From Patellaria atrata CBS 101060 (Eukaryota): 33,869 nucleotides of DNA. Below the pieces are notes generated by a model, which was not told the origin of the DNA, did not search any database, and was given only the letters and a program-made list of their open reading frames with translations. The position numbers and the translations under genes were made by a program. Each line of letters starts with the position of its first letter. The first letter of the stretch is position 1. The stretch covers positions 248,001-281,869 of the forward strand of contig MU006100.1 in NCBI GenBank assembly GCA_010093705.1, in the 5' to 3' direction. Positions 1 to 12,533 of this stretch are shown here, piece by piece.

Positions 1-340
1 GGATTTCCGAAGCGTGTTCGGTGGGGTTGTGCGACGAGAGGGTTATTTGGTGTTGGTGCTCCAGCTGCTGTGCGCGGCGTTTGAGGGATTGGAGGGTTTG
101 AGTGTGGTGAGTGGAGATTTGGGTGCGGAATTGGGAGAGCGTGGAGAGGGAGGTCGATATGCGGGTTAGGGAGGAGAGGTCGGGTTGGGGGCGGAAGTTG
201 GAGGCGCAGGAGGAGATGAGCTGGCATGTGCGTTAGGCTAGATATTGTGTGCAATTTGGAGAGATCTTTGAGGGTGTTTGCGCCGGAAGGGAGTTGGGAT
301 GGAAGGGACGTACAGCTGCGGGATCTTCGTCGAGGAGCAT
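1..340 (-). CDS. SPC24: Kinetochore protein Spc24 (Ndc80 complex), 5' part; runs off the window start. Exons 340-314 and 220-<1
   Basis: Not in the ORF track. The minus strand reads ATG CTC CTC GAC GAA GAT CCC GCA GCT | GTACGT...CTAAC...CAG (intron 313-221) | CTC ATC TCC..., giving MLLDEDPAALISSCASNFRPQPDLSSLTRISTSLSTLSQFR...HNPTEHASEI. This matches the MLLDEDP...NF..QPD...RI..SLSTL N-terminus I recall for Pezizomycotina Spc24. Confidence 0.88.
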
Positions 341-703
341 TGTGTGTAGACTGGGATTTTCGTATAGGTGTGTATGATGGTTCTGCGATCGCGACGGTTC
401 GAATCGGTGTAGAGATCTGGCTGTTCTGTAATTTATGTACGCGTTGTTCTGGGAGCTAATGGTCGGTTTTCGTGAGTTTGGTGTTCAATGTTTTGATTTT
501 GGGATCGAGGTGGTGCGTGCATGACCTTTTACCCAGCAACCGGCGAAAGTGACGCAGCTCCGACAAGGCATTCGTGACGGGAGCGTAAGCCATACAGACA
601 GCCCAGATCCAGGCGAGTGCCACCCGACATTTGCTTGTGATCGTCACAAATTATTATATTACCTACTATTTTACTTCTTCTTATCTCTTTGATACTTTAG
701 AGA
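341..703. promoter_or_regulatory. Short divergent promoter region shared by SPC24 and FIS1; contains an MCB element ACGCGT at 439-444
   Basis: Only 363 bp separate the two head-to-head start codons. An exact MluI cell-cycle box lies about 100 bp upstream of the SPC24 ATG. Function of the MCB site is inferred. Confidence 0.5.
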
Positions 704-1382
<679 letters not shown>

Positions 1383-2482
1383 TAGATAGGATGGAAGGGC
1401 TTTTCTCCATGGTTGGCTTGAAATTGTACGGAAGTATTTTCGGACGGGATATCTCCATTCTAGCAGCAATTACACATCTCAAGGTATTGTTGCATACTCC
1501 TTTGAGCGACTGTTTGACTACAAACTAGTCCTTAGATGTATGTTTGCTGAATGTTACTATCAAGAACAGCTGCCAGTCATCCCAAGATGATGATTGTCGT
1601 TTACCCTTTGGGCCGCGAGAAACACGTCCCCGAGAGCCCGGATAACCGATGCTGAATCGTCTCACTTGTCAAGAAGGTATCGGAAGCTTGTCGAAGCGAA
1701 CAGAAGAAAGTGAAAGCTTTCGCGCTGACCCCAAGAGCGGTGAAAATCATGACCCGGAGGAAATTCTTCTCAGATACAAGCTCTACAGTTGTTTTCATTT
1801 TCTGCTTCTTTCATCTCCTTGACTACAGTCTTTGTTCTCTTTAAAACCCTCTAGAGTAATTCTTTATAGTTGTGGGTTACTTGTTTTCGGGGGTCAAAGT
1901 GTCACTGGCCACCGAGACTTATCTAGAAGCTTCAGTCAGGTGTCAAGCGAGCACCGCCAGAGTACGTCACCGTAACCCTCACTATAACCTTCAAATCGAC
2001 AGCGTGTATACTGCTTAAATCTTCAATAATTTGCCACGATCTTGTCCTACAAAGAAATCACGCCCTTAACACTTCTAACGCGCCTGTACAGTATTCTACA
2101 TCTCCGCCCCTTTCCTCTTACGCTTTCCACTACACGAGAGCTAACCCCCAGACGTGGTTACCCGCTCTTCGTCTACTGACCAGCCTGTCACTTACACACG
2201 GCGCATGACAAGACTTTCTTGAACCTGAACACACTCCCTTTCATCGAGGAACGACAATTCGTGTTCGCCGAACAACCTTCGTGGCCCCTTATTTCTACTA
2301 CCTTGTCCACACCTTCACGAACCTGATTACGTCCCACTCTTCGACCGTACAATTCAGCTAGCCCCGCAAACTTGGCCGCAGCTATCGATACTTACATTAA
2401 AATTACTGGAAGCAGGAGCTTTTATTCTTCCGTAAATACCTTATTCTTACATGATAACGTCGTTTATCGAAGGCAACCCAAG

Positions 2483-4399
2483 ATGAGCCAATCTGAGGAG
2501 TCACGGAGGGAGAGGATATATTGCTATACCTGCGGCAAGTCCAGCGACAAACCCGAAGGCGATACCCTCTTCTGTCCCGCTATAGTACCTCTTCAAGACT
2601 TTGATGGAAATGCTGTCACAGGTGACGATGGCAGGATCGTTGAGGATACATGCATGTCGGAATTCGTTGAGATCGTATGTACTCTCATATTCCTTAAGTC
2701 GATGAAAGTGAATGCTCAATGCAGATCTTTCGAAGCAGGAAGCAACTTCTACCCCAACCCTGTGTAAACGCTAAACGAATCGTAGATCGAAGAAGACGAC
2801 ATCGACACCCCTGATGAGCATATGGGCCAGGAGCATGAAGGCCACTTAGATCCTCTACCTTTCTTCCATGACCGCTCTCCCCAGGGTGATTTCGGTGGAA
2901 ATGTGGCGTACGGACGAGTTGAGTTTACCAGGACGGGGCCGGGAAGCGTGAGGGTAGTTCACTCGTGGTCCGGACCAGGTCGTCAAAACGCAACAGAACA
3001 ACAGCGGGAAGGATCGCAAGGTAACGACCCATTTACTGGCAATCCGCTGCTTCCAGGCTTCGCATCGATGCTACATAATATTATGGGACTTCAAAATCCT
3101 CCCCAGGGATCCCAAGCAGGAGAAGGTCGTCAAACTCCTGGGTTATCACAGGAAGGGAGGAATAATCACACACATGAGTGGGAGGGGCCAAGACGACAGC
3201 CTCGCTTTCAGTATCATACCGAATTGCGTGGAGATCCCTTCTTTGGCTATTTTCAGGAGTAAGCATCATCAGCATAAACTGCCAGATCTACACTAATTTC
3301 GTTAAGCTTTCTTGACGGTATAGCTGGTCCATCCGGACATACACGACAACACACACATCCAGACCACGATGATCCCCATGACCCAAACGCCCAAGGTCGC
3401 AACTTCCCTAATCCATCCCAAGGCCCAGCCGGTGCCAGTATGACTCTCGTAGATCTTCTCCATACGATGCTCAATGGTAGATCGGCCGCTCATGGCGATG
3501 GAGTATACACCCAAGCAGCATTCGACGACATAATAACGCAATTAATGGCACAACATCAAGCGGGGAACGCTCCTGGGCCCGCCAGCGAAGAGGCAATCGC
3601 GTCCCTGCCGAAGAAGAAAGCGACGGCCGAAATGCTAGGCGACACGGGCCGCGCGGATTGCAGCATCTGCATGGACTCCGTGGGACTGGGTGACGAAATC
3701 ACGGTTCTGTACTGCGGACATTGGTTCCACGGTTCGTGCATCGGCGCCTGGTTGAAGGAACACGACACCTGTCCCTTCTGCCGGAAGGGCATCATGGAGG
3801 CGAAAGCAGATCCGGCGAATGCGTGTCGCGCCGAGGAACAGTCCACGAGCCGGGTCAGGGATTTCCAGACCGAGGCTCTAACTCCCACACCCGAGGATTC
3901 AAGAAGGCTAGAGGAGCGGAGACGCGAGGAGGAACAGCGTATGCTCGAGGAAGCGATGAGGAATGAGTTCTTAGACTCCCGAGCTGGAGCTAGCGCAGCG
4001 GCTGCAGAGCAGAATAGGCAGGAATCGGGCGTGGATAGGAGTCCGGCGGCTAATGCGGCTATGGCTGCTCAATCACGATATTACGCCCAACCCGCCTGTG
4101 GGGAGAGGGATACGACGCCCGACCCCAGAATCCCGGGTTCTTGGATCTCGCCTTCGCGGTCGCCGCTCCCGACCCGCGACGCAGCAGAATCGGAGGAACG
4201 GCGCTCATTTTTACCGATTTGGGTGCCCTCGGAGCAGCAGCAGCAGCATAGTGGGTTGATTGGCTCTAATAACCCGTATAGATACCGTGATAATGGGGCG
4301 CAGGATTCTGGGAGCCAGCGTGAGGGAAGCGGTGAGTCGAATGGTTCGAGCATTGGGGATCGGGTGAGAAGTTTCTTTGGGGGTGAGAGAAGAGGCTGA
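2483..4399 (+). CDS. RING-H2 E3 ubiquitin ligase, RNF115/RNF126-like, with N-terminal zinc ribbon (~585 aa). Exons 2483-2674, 2786-3258, 3307-4399
   Basis: N-terminal YCYTC...CP...C.SEFVEI zinc-ribbon-like segment. GDGVYTQAAFDDIITQLM...PASEEAIASLPK precedes the RING-H2 CSIC...CGHWFHGSCIGAWLKEHDTCPFCR. Introns GTATGT..TAG (2675-2785) and GTAAGC..AAG (3259-3306) join three track ORFs in frame. Confidence 0.9.
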
Positions 4400-5136
4400 A
4401 CCAGTGTTTTGTCACTTCGTTTGTGCGGTTGATTTGCACAAGGGTGTGTCTGCTTCTGCGGTGTTGTGGTGATGCGTTGGGTTTTGAGGGACATGGTGGG
4501 TTTAGACTGTGGTGTTTATTGGGTTCGGATGGCGGTTGGTGTCTGGTGTTGAGGTGGAGAGGATACTTAGGTACTTTACCTTGTGCATGATGTTCACATG
4601 TCTTTTGTTGTGTGTTGTTGGTGTTTTCATGCTGGATGTGGGGATCTTTTGTATCCCTTCATTTTGATATTGCAATCGTATGAGCGGTCAACCTCGTGTT
4701 GTCTTCCCGCGCGAAGAGGGGAGCTTGTTCTGAAGCTGGAGGCTAAGTGAAAGTGTGACATTTGAGTTGGGTATATTATATGCTATAAGGATACTAGATA
4801 TACAAAACGTATTAGAGTCTAGTAGGAAGTGTAGACATCTAGTATGATTACTAATGACTGCATCCCCCATCATTCGCGTGCGCTCGTTCTTAATGACAAG
4901 AGATTTACGAATGTGGTATATTTGATTCTCGATAAGAGTCCATCGACATTCCGACGGAAGCGAGCGTATAAAGGGCAGAGCATCTAACGCGTGTAGTGAC
5001 CGAAAGCGCCATAACCTTCCCTATGCACCCTACCACCAAGATACCATAGCCAACATTTGTACCGGCAACCATTCAAACCCAACCTGTGAAAATCCCCCTA
5101 CATTCCTCCTCGGGGTCATCATCCCCATATCTAGAA

Positions 5137-5781
5137 CTACCAGAGACCACGTAACCCACCCCATCTCCTCCTCCTAGGTCTATCAAAAGAATCCCACTCA
5201 TCCTCGCTATCCAAAATGCTCGAATCATCGCTCAAGGAGTCCAAATCACTATCATAATAATCGTCGTCGTAACGATTTCTTGCTGCCAAAAGGCCCCCAA
5301 GCCCGAAACGACTTCTCCGTGGCACATGGTTGAACCCAAACCCGTTTCCGAAACCTCTGGGTCGCAATCTGCCGAAAAGGCCCATGGGACGCGAAGGATA
5401 AGCTGGTCGAGTAGTCAAGCTGATAGTAGGGTTCCGGGGTATTCGGGGCCGGAGGTAGCTAGGTTGAGGGTATGCCGCGCGCGGCATGTCGTCGCAGAAT
5501 GAGGTCATTGAGTCGCCGTAGTTGTACGTTCCATATCTTCTGTGGAAGGGCATGCTGTTTAGAGCGTCGCGGAGATGGTGCTGGTTGCGGCCGTATGCTC
5601 GGTTGTACATTGAGAGGCTGTTGCGGCCGCTGTCGGGTCGGAACCGGCGACGGCCTTGTGAGTCGAAGGTTCCGGGTGGGCCGTATGGAGTAGGCATGAT
5701 GCGGGTGCGGTTGTAGAATTGGTCGGCGGGTGGGCAGTCTCGGCCTACGATGGGTTGTTGACTGGGTCGACGCCAGCTCAT
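5137..5781 (-). CDS. Hypothetical Arg/Gly/Pro-rich low-complexity protein (~214 aa) with acidic C-terminal patch
   Basis: Open frame from ATG 5781 (MSWRRPSQQP...) to TAG 5137 with biased, protein-like composition (GFGNGFGFN, DDDYYDSDLDSLSDDSSILDSEDEWD, RPRRRRW). No recognisable domain. The upstream AT-rich extension to 5991 in the ORF track looks like UTR. Confidence 0.6.
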   Translation of the reverse strand: MSWRRPSQQPIVGRDCPPADQFYNRTRIMPTPYGPPGTFDSQGRRRFRPDSGRNSLSMYNRAYGRNQHHLRDALNSMPFHRRYGTYNYGDSMTSFCDDMPRAAYPQPSYLRPRIPRNPTISLTTRPAYPSRPMGLFGRLRPRGFGNGFGFNHVPRRSRFGLGGLLAARNRYDDDYYDSDLDSLSDDSSILDSEDEWDSFDRPRRRRWGGLRGLW

Positions 5782-7112
5782 GTGAGGGTGGATAGTTTCT
5801 TTCGCTGTTGAGCAAATAATATAAGAAGCAGAAACCTTTTGTATCGTACACGAACTAGTTGAGAGGCTAATGTGGAGATGGGAATAAGGAGGTATACTCT
5901 GTCTTACGAGATCGATGAAAGGATGTAGAGGCCTTGATATGAAATAGCGGTGTAGGAAATAAGATAGTTTAGAAAGTTTGAATGATATCAAGTTATGTTA
6001 AACTAAGAATCAGTCGAAGCGTGGGGAGAGACAATCAGATTTATAGGCAAGACATGTCGTACTAAAACAACCTACCGTAGTAGCAATCATCCCATCATAG
6101 CATAACCTTATGGTCACCCGATTTCTAGCCAGTAAGATCATGATAAGATTTGCCATAAAGTCTCGACCATACTTCATGTCCATCGCAGAGAGGAGCCTCG
6201 GGTCTTGGAGAGGTACAAACTACGGACGATAGTATTGGAGCAAACAACAAGATACTGGGCAACAAACAAGATACAAGGAAAATCGACAAGATAATCATAG
6301 ATCAACGATTCGCAGCGATCAACAAACTTCAAGCAGATGGTTTAGATGCATCTTCAATTTACGGTACGTCCAGGCTCAAGAGACGGCTTCAAGCTCGACA
6401 CTGGTGCACCGGCTCACGGATAGTCCCATCCATAATTGTGCAGATACTATCGGCAAGAACATGATTTGCATCGGGATTACCGGTCGTAGGGAAGGACATC
6501 ACAGAAGGCCAGCCGTTCTCTGGAAGTTTGTTCTGTGGAAATCCTTCATGCATGCATATTGAGCTTTCTGGATGAAGCAGATCAGTTAACCTGTCAAGTA
6601 AGGAGTTCTTCAGTCCTGTCGAGAATGAAAAATTAAGAATAGACTAGAGCAAGAGCATAGATGCATACATGGTGGTAAAATTCTTGGGTGAAGAAGTTGT
6701 TCAAGGTGACTCTTAGGTTGAGGATTGAATAAATAAAATCGCGGTGTATGACTAAGCAATATTTTAGCGACCACCAGAAAGTCGAAATTCTTTACCATAA
6801 GAGCCCTTGTGTGTAATGAATTGCTGCCAACAAGCTCGACAGCTTTAAACCCAATAATCACTCCCACGTCTGTCTTCTACAACGAAACGAAATCACGTCC
6901 CAACAATAACCACATAACGCTCCTATTGATCCAACGTATCCGCATTCATTACCCTCATCCGATATCTAACGGCAACACCAATTCTTGCGTCACACGAGTC
7001 TATTTCCTCCTCTCAGGGATTAAGCTGTCAATCGTACCCACGCTTGTCACTACCTATCAACACGTCACATTTGCGCATCTTGTACATTTAGGATCATTCA
7101 TTCTACTTCGAT

Positions 7113-10100
7113 ATGGCCCCTTCGACCTTTGCTTCAGCTGCCGCAGGCAATAATTCAAATCCGTCGCGTGGAGACGGTGGCGTAGAATGGTGAGCTCACA
7201 CCCCCTCTTCTTGACCCCTTCGCGTTCCGGCCAAAACAAAGTTGTGCTCTCTTGATTTGGAGCGCAAATGAATCTACTACTCTTATCTTAAACCATCGAC
7301 GGGATGACATTCTCTACACCGGAGTTCAAACACCGCAACGCATTGACCTCTGCTTCGCTAGATCTCAGTTTCGCTAATGTAGAATTCAGGCCTCGACGCG
7401 CCAATGGCGCCACTCAAACCTTTCGACGACCTTCCGGTGCTCCAGGTCTTTCGAACACTTCACAACAGAGAGATAACACCGGAAATACACCCTCCAACAC
7501 CGGCCCTCTCTCCTCCGGAACCGGTGTATACGTTCCCCCTCACGTCAATGCACAGAGGAACGGGTCTATTGTAGACTCTAGATACTCCAAAGACCAACTA
7601 CTACAATGCTATCGTAGCCAGAAGGATACAGAACATCTCGATGATGGCTTGGCCAGCCTTTTCGTTGGCGGATGGGAACCTCACCTCACGAATGGCGCGT
7701 CTACTTCGTCTTGGGGAAGACGGGACGACCAGAACAAGGATACTCAAGCCGGTGCTGATGTCTGTTGGGAACGTGAAGGAAACGTTATTCCCCTGGGTCT
7801 CATGGAGCTTACTGAAGAAGAACGAGATGTGCGTGTTACTCATGCACTTGTAGTTTTGAACATGGTTGACTAAGTGCTATTATAGACCTTTTTATCCTCC
7901 GTTAACTCTCCTCTCAAACCACCTACGCAGAACCAAAATAAGGAGGGAACTGCCAAGGACGGTCTTTCAGTTCGTAAGTCTTCCATTTCGCAAGCACAAA
8001 CTCCTGGTACATTCGGATTGTCTTCTCCAACCTCCGCTCGCCCAACCGGGCGTCGACGCGATACGAGTGATGCTTTTCCATTCCCGTCTGTCGCGCAATC
8101 ACCCGGTAATCCCCGGTTTTCCCGCGATGAAGGTAGCGCAGCAACACCACCACCTGCTTTACTAAGACGCAGGACCGACTATAAGGACCCTAATGCTTCC
8201 GGTACTGATGAGCGCGATAAAGAGAAACCACGGGACACACCTGAGGCCACAAACCCTTTCGGTACCCTGAGGCGAAGTATAACCGGGCCTTTTAGTGCTG
8301 GGGTGAACCAACCTGCTTCTCCTTGGTCTTCCACGCCTCAAAGCGCAGGATTCTCCCCAATGGGTGCCTTTGGAAGCTTTGCGATAGCTCCCAGTACGGG
8401 TCAAGCGTCTACTCCCACGGAGAAGAAACTTGGCTTTGGAAGTCTAAGAGGTGAAAGTCGGTTCAAAGGTTTGATGAGTAAGGAAAGCTCCGAAGATATG
8501 TCTAGTAGAGGTCCCAGAGAGAAACATTCGCTCAGCAATCTAGGAAAAGTCCCGGAAACTGAAGGTGAGCGTCGTGTACCGTCTTGGATGGAGGCGCGCT
8601 TTAACAGGCCCACGAGCAACGACACGGACCCATTTCCGGATGAAGAGGGTCGTTCCGGAAGTGCTGCTCTCCTTAGAAACGATGATGGGCCTTCTCGAAC
8701 TCAAGGTCCAGGATTCGGAACTCCTAGCCGAAAGGAGTCTCGCGATGAAGGACTTGCAGCTTTTGGTATGACCCAGGAGAATACCGTGTTCAAGGATGTT
8801 TTTCATGGAAGGGATGATTACCAACATCAAACTCCACAACACCGGAGTGGAGCTGGAGGCCATGAGCCAATGAGCCCTACCGATACCAATCCCTATCAAA
8901 GCCCAGAACATGACAAGAATGACCACGAAGATCATGATGCCGAAAGTTCTGATATCCAGCACACACCTCTTCCTGGGCTCGGAGGCGGATTCATGGGTGA
9001 GTTAGGATCGCACCCTGGACAGGCACCCTTTGGTGGACTTGGTAACTTCGGGCGTGGACCTGCTCCGTACGAAATCGCTGCCAGTGATCGAAGTCAGACT
9101 TCAAGCGCCGGTCCTCCAAAGGCTTTCCTAGGTCTAACTGGCTTTGGAGGATTGCCTGGATTGGGTGGTCCTGCAGCTTGGCCTCCAGCTCAAGGAACTG
9201 TGGGCACTCCAGCTAGAGACAAGCAAAATTTTGGCGGCGCATTTGGAGAAGGTATCTTTAATTCAGGAACAGAAGTCCAGTCCCCTAGTCTTGCGGGACT
9301 AGGTGCCGGTGGGGGAATGTTTGGTGGAAGCATGAGCGGTAGCGGTACTCTCGGACGTACAAGTAGAATGGGGTCTCTGTTCCCGGCTGCCATGCAGGAA
9401 CAAATGCGATCGAATGAACAAGGAAGACAACACGCTGATGATGGTTCTGTTGAAGGAGGTGATCATCACCTTGGCTCTCTTGGGCGCAACACCTTCGGAA
9501 GTAATGCACCAGGATCGGGTGTTCCGGGGCGAGACACTGACAGTCCATTACGTGCTGGGCGGGGCATATTCGATGACATGCTTCCGACTCCGGGAGCTGG
9601 ACAACGAGGTATCCGAAACCTAGATACTGGTTTCGAAGAGCCTATTCCTGGACTCTTCGGTCACGGTCAAGGCCCTGGTTCAATTGGTAGCTCGGCTCCC
9701 GGTCAAGGTTCTCTCCTACCAAGGGGTAATCAAGCGCTCGCTCAATCGCAACCTCAACCTGCAAGTTCTGCATCTAATCAACCTCCCGCAGCTCAACAGC
9801 GCACCATGGTCATGCCAGATAGAATGCGTTGGATCTATAGAGACCCCCAGGGTCAGACTCAAGGGCCATGGTCAGGTTTGGAAATGCACGATTGGTACAA
9901 GGCTGGTTTCTTTTCGCCTGAGTTGCTTGTCAAGAAATACGAAGATCCAGAGTATGAGCCACTGGCACAACTCATTCGACGCATCGGCAATTCACGAGAG
10001 CCGTTTTTAGTGCCTCAGATAGGTATTCCTCATGGTCCACCTACTACTCAGGCTGGTAATGCCTGGGCAGGCGCAACTACGGCAGGATCTGCAGCCCAGC

Positions 10101-12270
10101 CTCCCTTTGCGAGTAGTTTTCCTAGTTTTGGTACAACCTTAACTGCAGAGCAACAAAATGCGCTTGAACGACGTAAACAGGAGGAACAGTATCTCATGGC
10201 CAGACAAAAAGAGCATCTCGCACAACAACAAGTTCTCGCTAAACAATTGCAGCTACAGGGCGGACATATCCACGGTCAACAACTACATCATCATTCCAGT
10301 GCCCATAGTCTACATAGTCAACCCAGTTTCGGCAGTATTACGTCTCCGGGAGGTTATCAACCATCGCCTTCGCAAGGTCCTATCTCTATGAACCAGCCCG
10401 TTCCTGGCTTCTTTGACAACTCCTTCCGACCTCAACCCGGAGCCCCTTTTGGTCCAATTGGTGGCGGTAACCTAGATCTACTCAGTCCTCTTAGAGAGGA
10501 AGAACTGTCAGGCATGATGGGTCAAATGAATCTTGGTCGTGGAGCTCCACCAACGTTTCCGGCACCTGGGGAGCTTTCAGGTCCTCAACAGCGTAATGAG
10601 CAATTTTCTCATGCTCAACAGGTCAATCAAATGCTGGGTGACCGTAACAGATTGCAACGTGAGCAAACCGAGCATGATGCCCTCCAACAGAACATTCAAA
10701 ATGAACAGCAGAGTGCACAGGCTTCTAGAGATCGTCTGCAGCAATTTCATGAATTGCGAACACAAATCGACGCCGAGTATTCCGAGCCATCCACCACTAG
10801 CCCTCCCGGTCAACGTATCGGTCCTCCGAGCCAACAGCTTCAATCTAGCAAGCAACAGGAGGCCCGTCAACAGCCAGCTGCGATCACTCAGATTACGGAA
10901 GTTACGTTTCAATCAGAAACTGCCACGCAACCCACGCAGGTCGAAGTTCTTTCCTTGACCGAGCAAGTCCAGAAAGCAACTGCAGCTAAACAAGCCCCCG
11001 CTCCTGCTTCACCATGGGGCAAAGTCGATACGACCATAGTACACCCTTTCCCTCCTCCTCAATCTCAATCCCCACTACCGGCTCCAGCTGCACAGAGGAA
11101 ACACAATGTCGCGGATACTTTGAATGCAGAGTCCAGGTCAAGATCTGAGACTCCGAATGCTGAAACTCCTGGACCTTCTATCGCACCATGGGCTAAAGAA
11201 CCTGTTGAAGCACCAAAAGGGCCTTCCCTCAAGGAGATTCAGGAAATGGAAGCTAGAAAGGCTGCTCAGCAAGAAGAGATTGCAGCTGCCGCTCGTCGCG
11301 CAGCGTTCGAGAAAGAGATGCTCGCACAAGCCGCTCAAGTTGCTCCAGCACCAGGTTTACCTTCAAGTGCCAATTGGGCCAGCGGTTCGTCTCCCGTGAC
11401 TGCCAGTGCTTCTACACCTTCGGCTTGGGCCAAACCTCTTGCAGGTAAAGCAGCTCAGACATCGGCATCTGCGAAGAAGACTTTACAGCAGATTCAGAAG
11501 GAGGAAGAGGCGCGTAAGCAGAAAGCTGCTGCTGCTGCTATCGCCGCCAACGCTGCTGGAGTCGCAACTCCAACCCTTGCTTCGGGTAAACGATATGCGG
11601 ATCTCGCAAGCAAAGCTTCTGGCTCTGCTGCTTCAACTAGCGGTGGTGCATGGACAACCGTCGGTGCCAGTGGAAAGGTCAAGACTCCCACCGTCGCAAT
11701 CCCAACCGGTCCTGCAACGAATCGTGCTGTTAGTGGTGGTGTCAGCCCAGCTGCAGCAGCTAAGGCGAGACCTACACCTGTAATCCGCAGCACTACCTAT
11801 GGCACCGCTCAGGTAAATGCGCAGGACGAATTTAAGAAGTGGGCTGCGGGTGAGCTTAAGCCGGATTTGAGCAAGGGGATAAATGGTAAGTCTACCTCTA
11901 ATCCTACCCTAATATATGAACTTTCATCGTCACATTGTCACTTCGCAAATGCTAATTTCCACGTCTAGTCGACGAATTTCTCTCCTCCCTGCTCATCCTT
12001 CCCCCCGAGGCTGACATCATCACCGAAGCCGTCCACTCCGTCTCCCAGACCATCGACAGCCGCCACTTCGCCGAAGAGTTCATCCGTCGTCGTAAGCTTG
12101 CCGATAAGGGCATCGTCGATACGAATGCATCGTCCAGTGGAGGGCAAAGCGCCGAGGGCAAAGGTGGTTGGAGCGAGGTTGCCAAGAAGAATCCACCGGC
12201 CGTCCAGAAGGAGGAGGTCGGGAGTAGTTTTAAGGTTGTCGCGGCGAAGAAACGGGGTGGAAAGAGGTAA
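7113..12270 (+). CDS. GYF-domain protein, GIGYF/Smy2/Syh1 family (~1605 aa). Exons 7113-7189, 7390-7828, 7886-11885, 11969-12270
   Basis: GYF domain WIYRDPQGQTQGPWSGLEMHDWYKAGFFSPELLVK. Smy2-type C-terminus (EFKKWA...VDEFLSSLLILP...IDSRHFAEEFIRRRK...WSEVAKK...FKVVAAKK). Three introns with GT/CTAA/YAG signals join the track ORFs in frame. Confidence 0.93.
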
Positions 12271-12533
12271 GTCTGTCGTGTATAGGATTAGTTGAAGCGG
12301 AAAGGGAATTGTGGGATGGGTTTGGAAAAGAAGTGGTATGATGTGACCCATGTTATGTGTTCGATGATAATTTCATTGATGAGCGAGTGCTTCAGACTGT
12401 ATGTCGGTATGGGTTTTATTATTCATGTAGCGTAGCGTAGCGTAGAGAAGTCCAGTACGGGTATATACCTTGTCCCCCCTCAAACTTCATAGAATTATTC
12501 CACCTCTTCTCCCACCAATACCCCTCCACATCC

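Noticed and set aside
1751..1770. GGAGGAAATTC resembling RNase P/MRP conserved region I
   Set aside because: No complementary CR-V/P4 partner or surrounding helices found.
2721..2785. Alternative acceptor GCAG at 2724 in RING intron 1
   Set aside because: 61 nt upstream of the in-frame acceptor, so it would frameshift.
6240..6325. Three ACAAGATA repeats as GATA-factor sites or element ends
   Set aside because: Short, irregularly spaced, in A-rich sequence, and only one fits HGATAR.
7304..7389. ATG 7304 as the start of the GYF gene
   Set aside because: It lies within the modelled intron 7190-7389 (GTGAGC...GCTAAT...CAG). ATG 7113 gives MAPSTFASAAAG, a more typical N-terminus.
8162..12351. 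Numerous antisense or alternate-frame ORFs over the GYF gene (likewise over the RING gene, RRN7, eIF5A, VPS52, CSF1 and HFL1)
   Set aside because: Shadow ORFs of real coding sequence, with no recognisable motifs, often starting at non-ATG codons.
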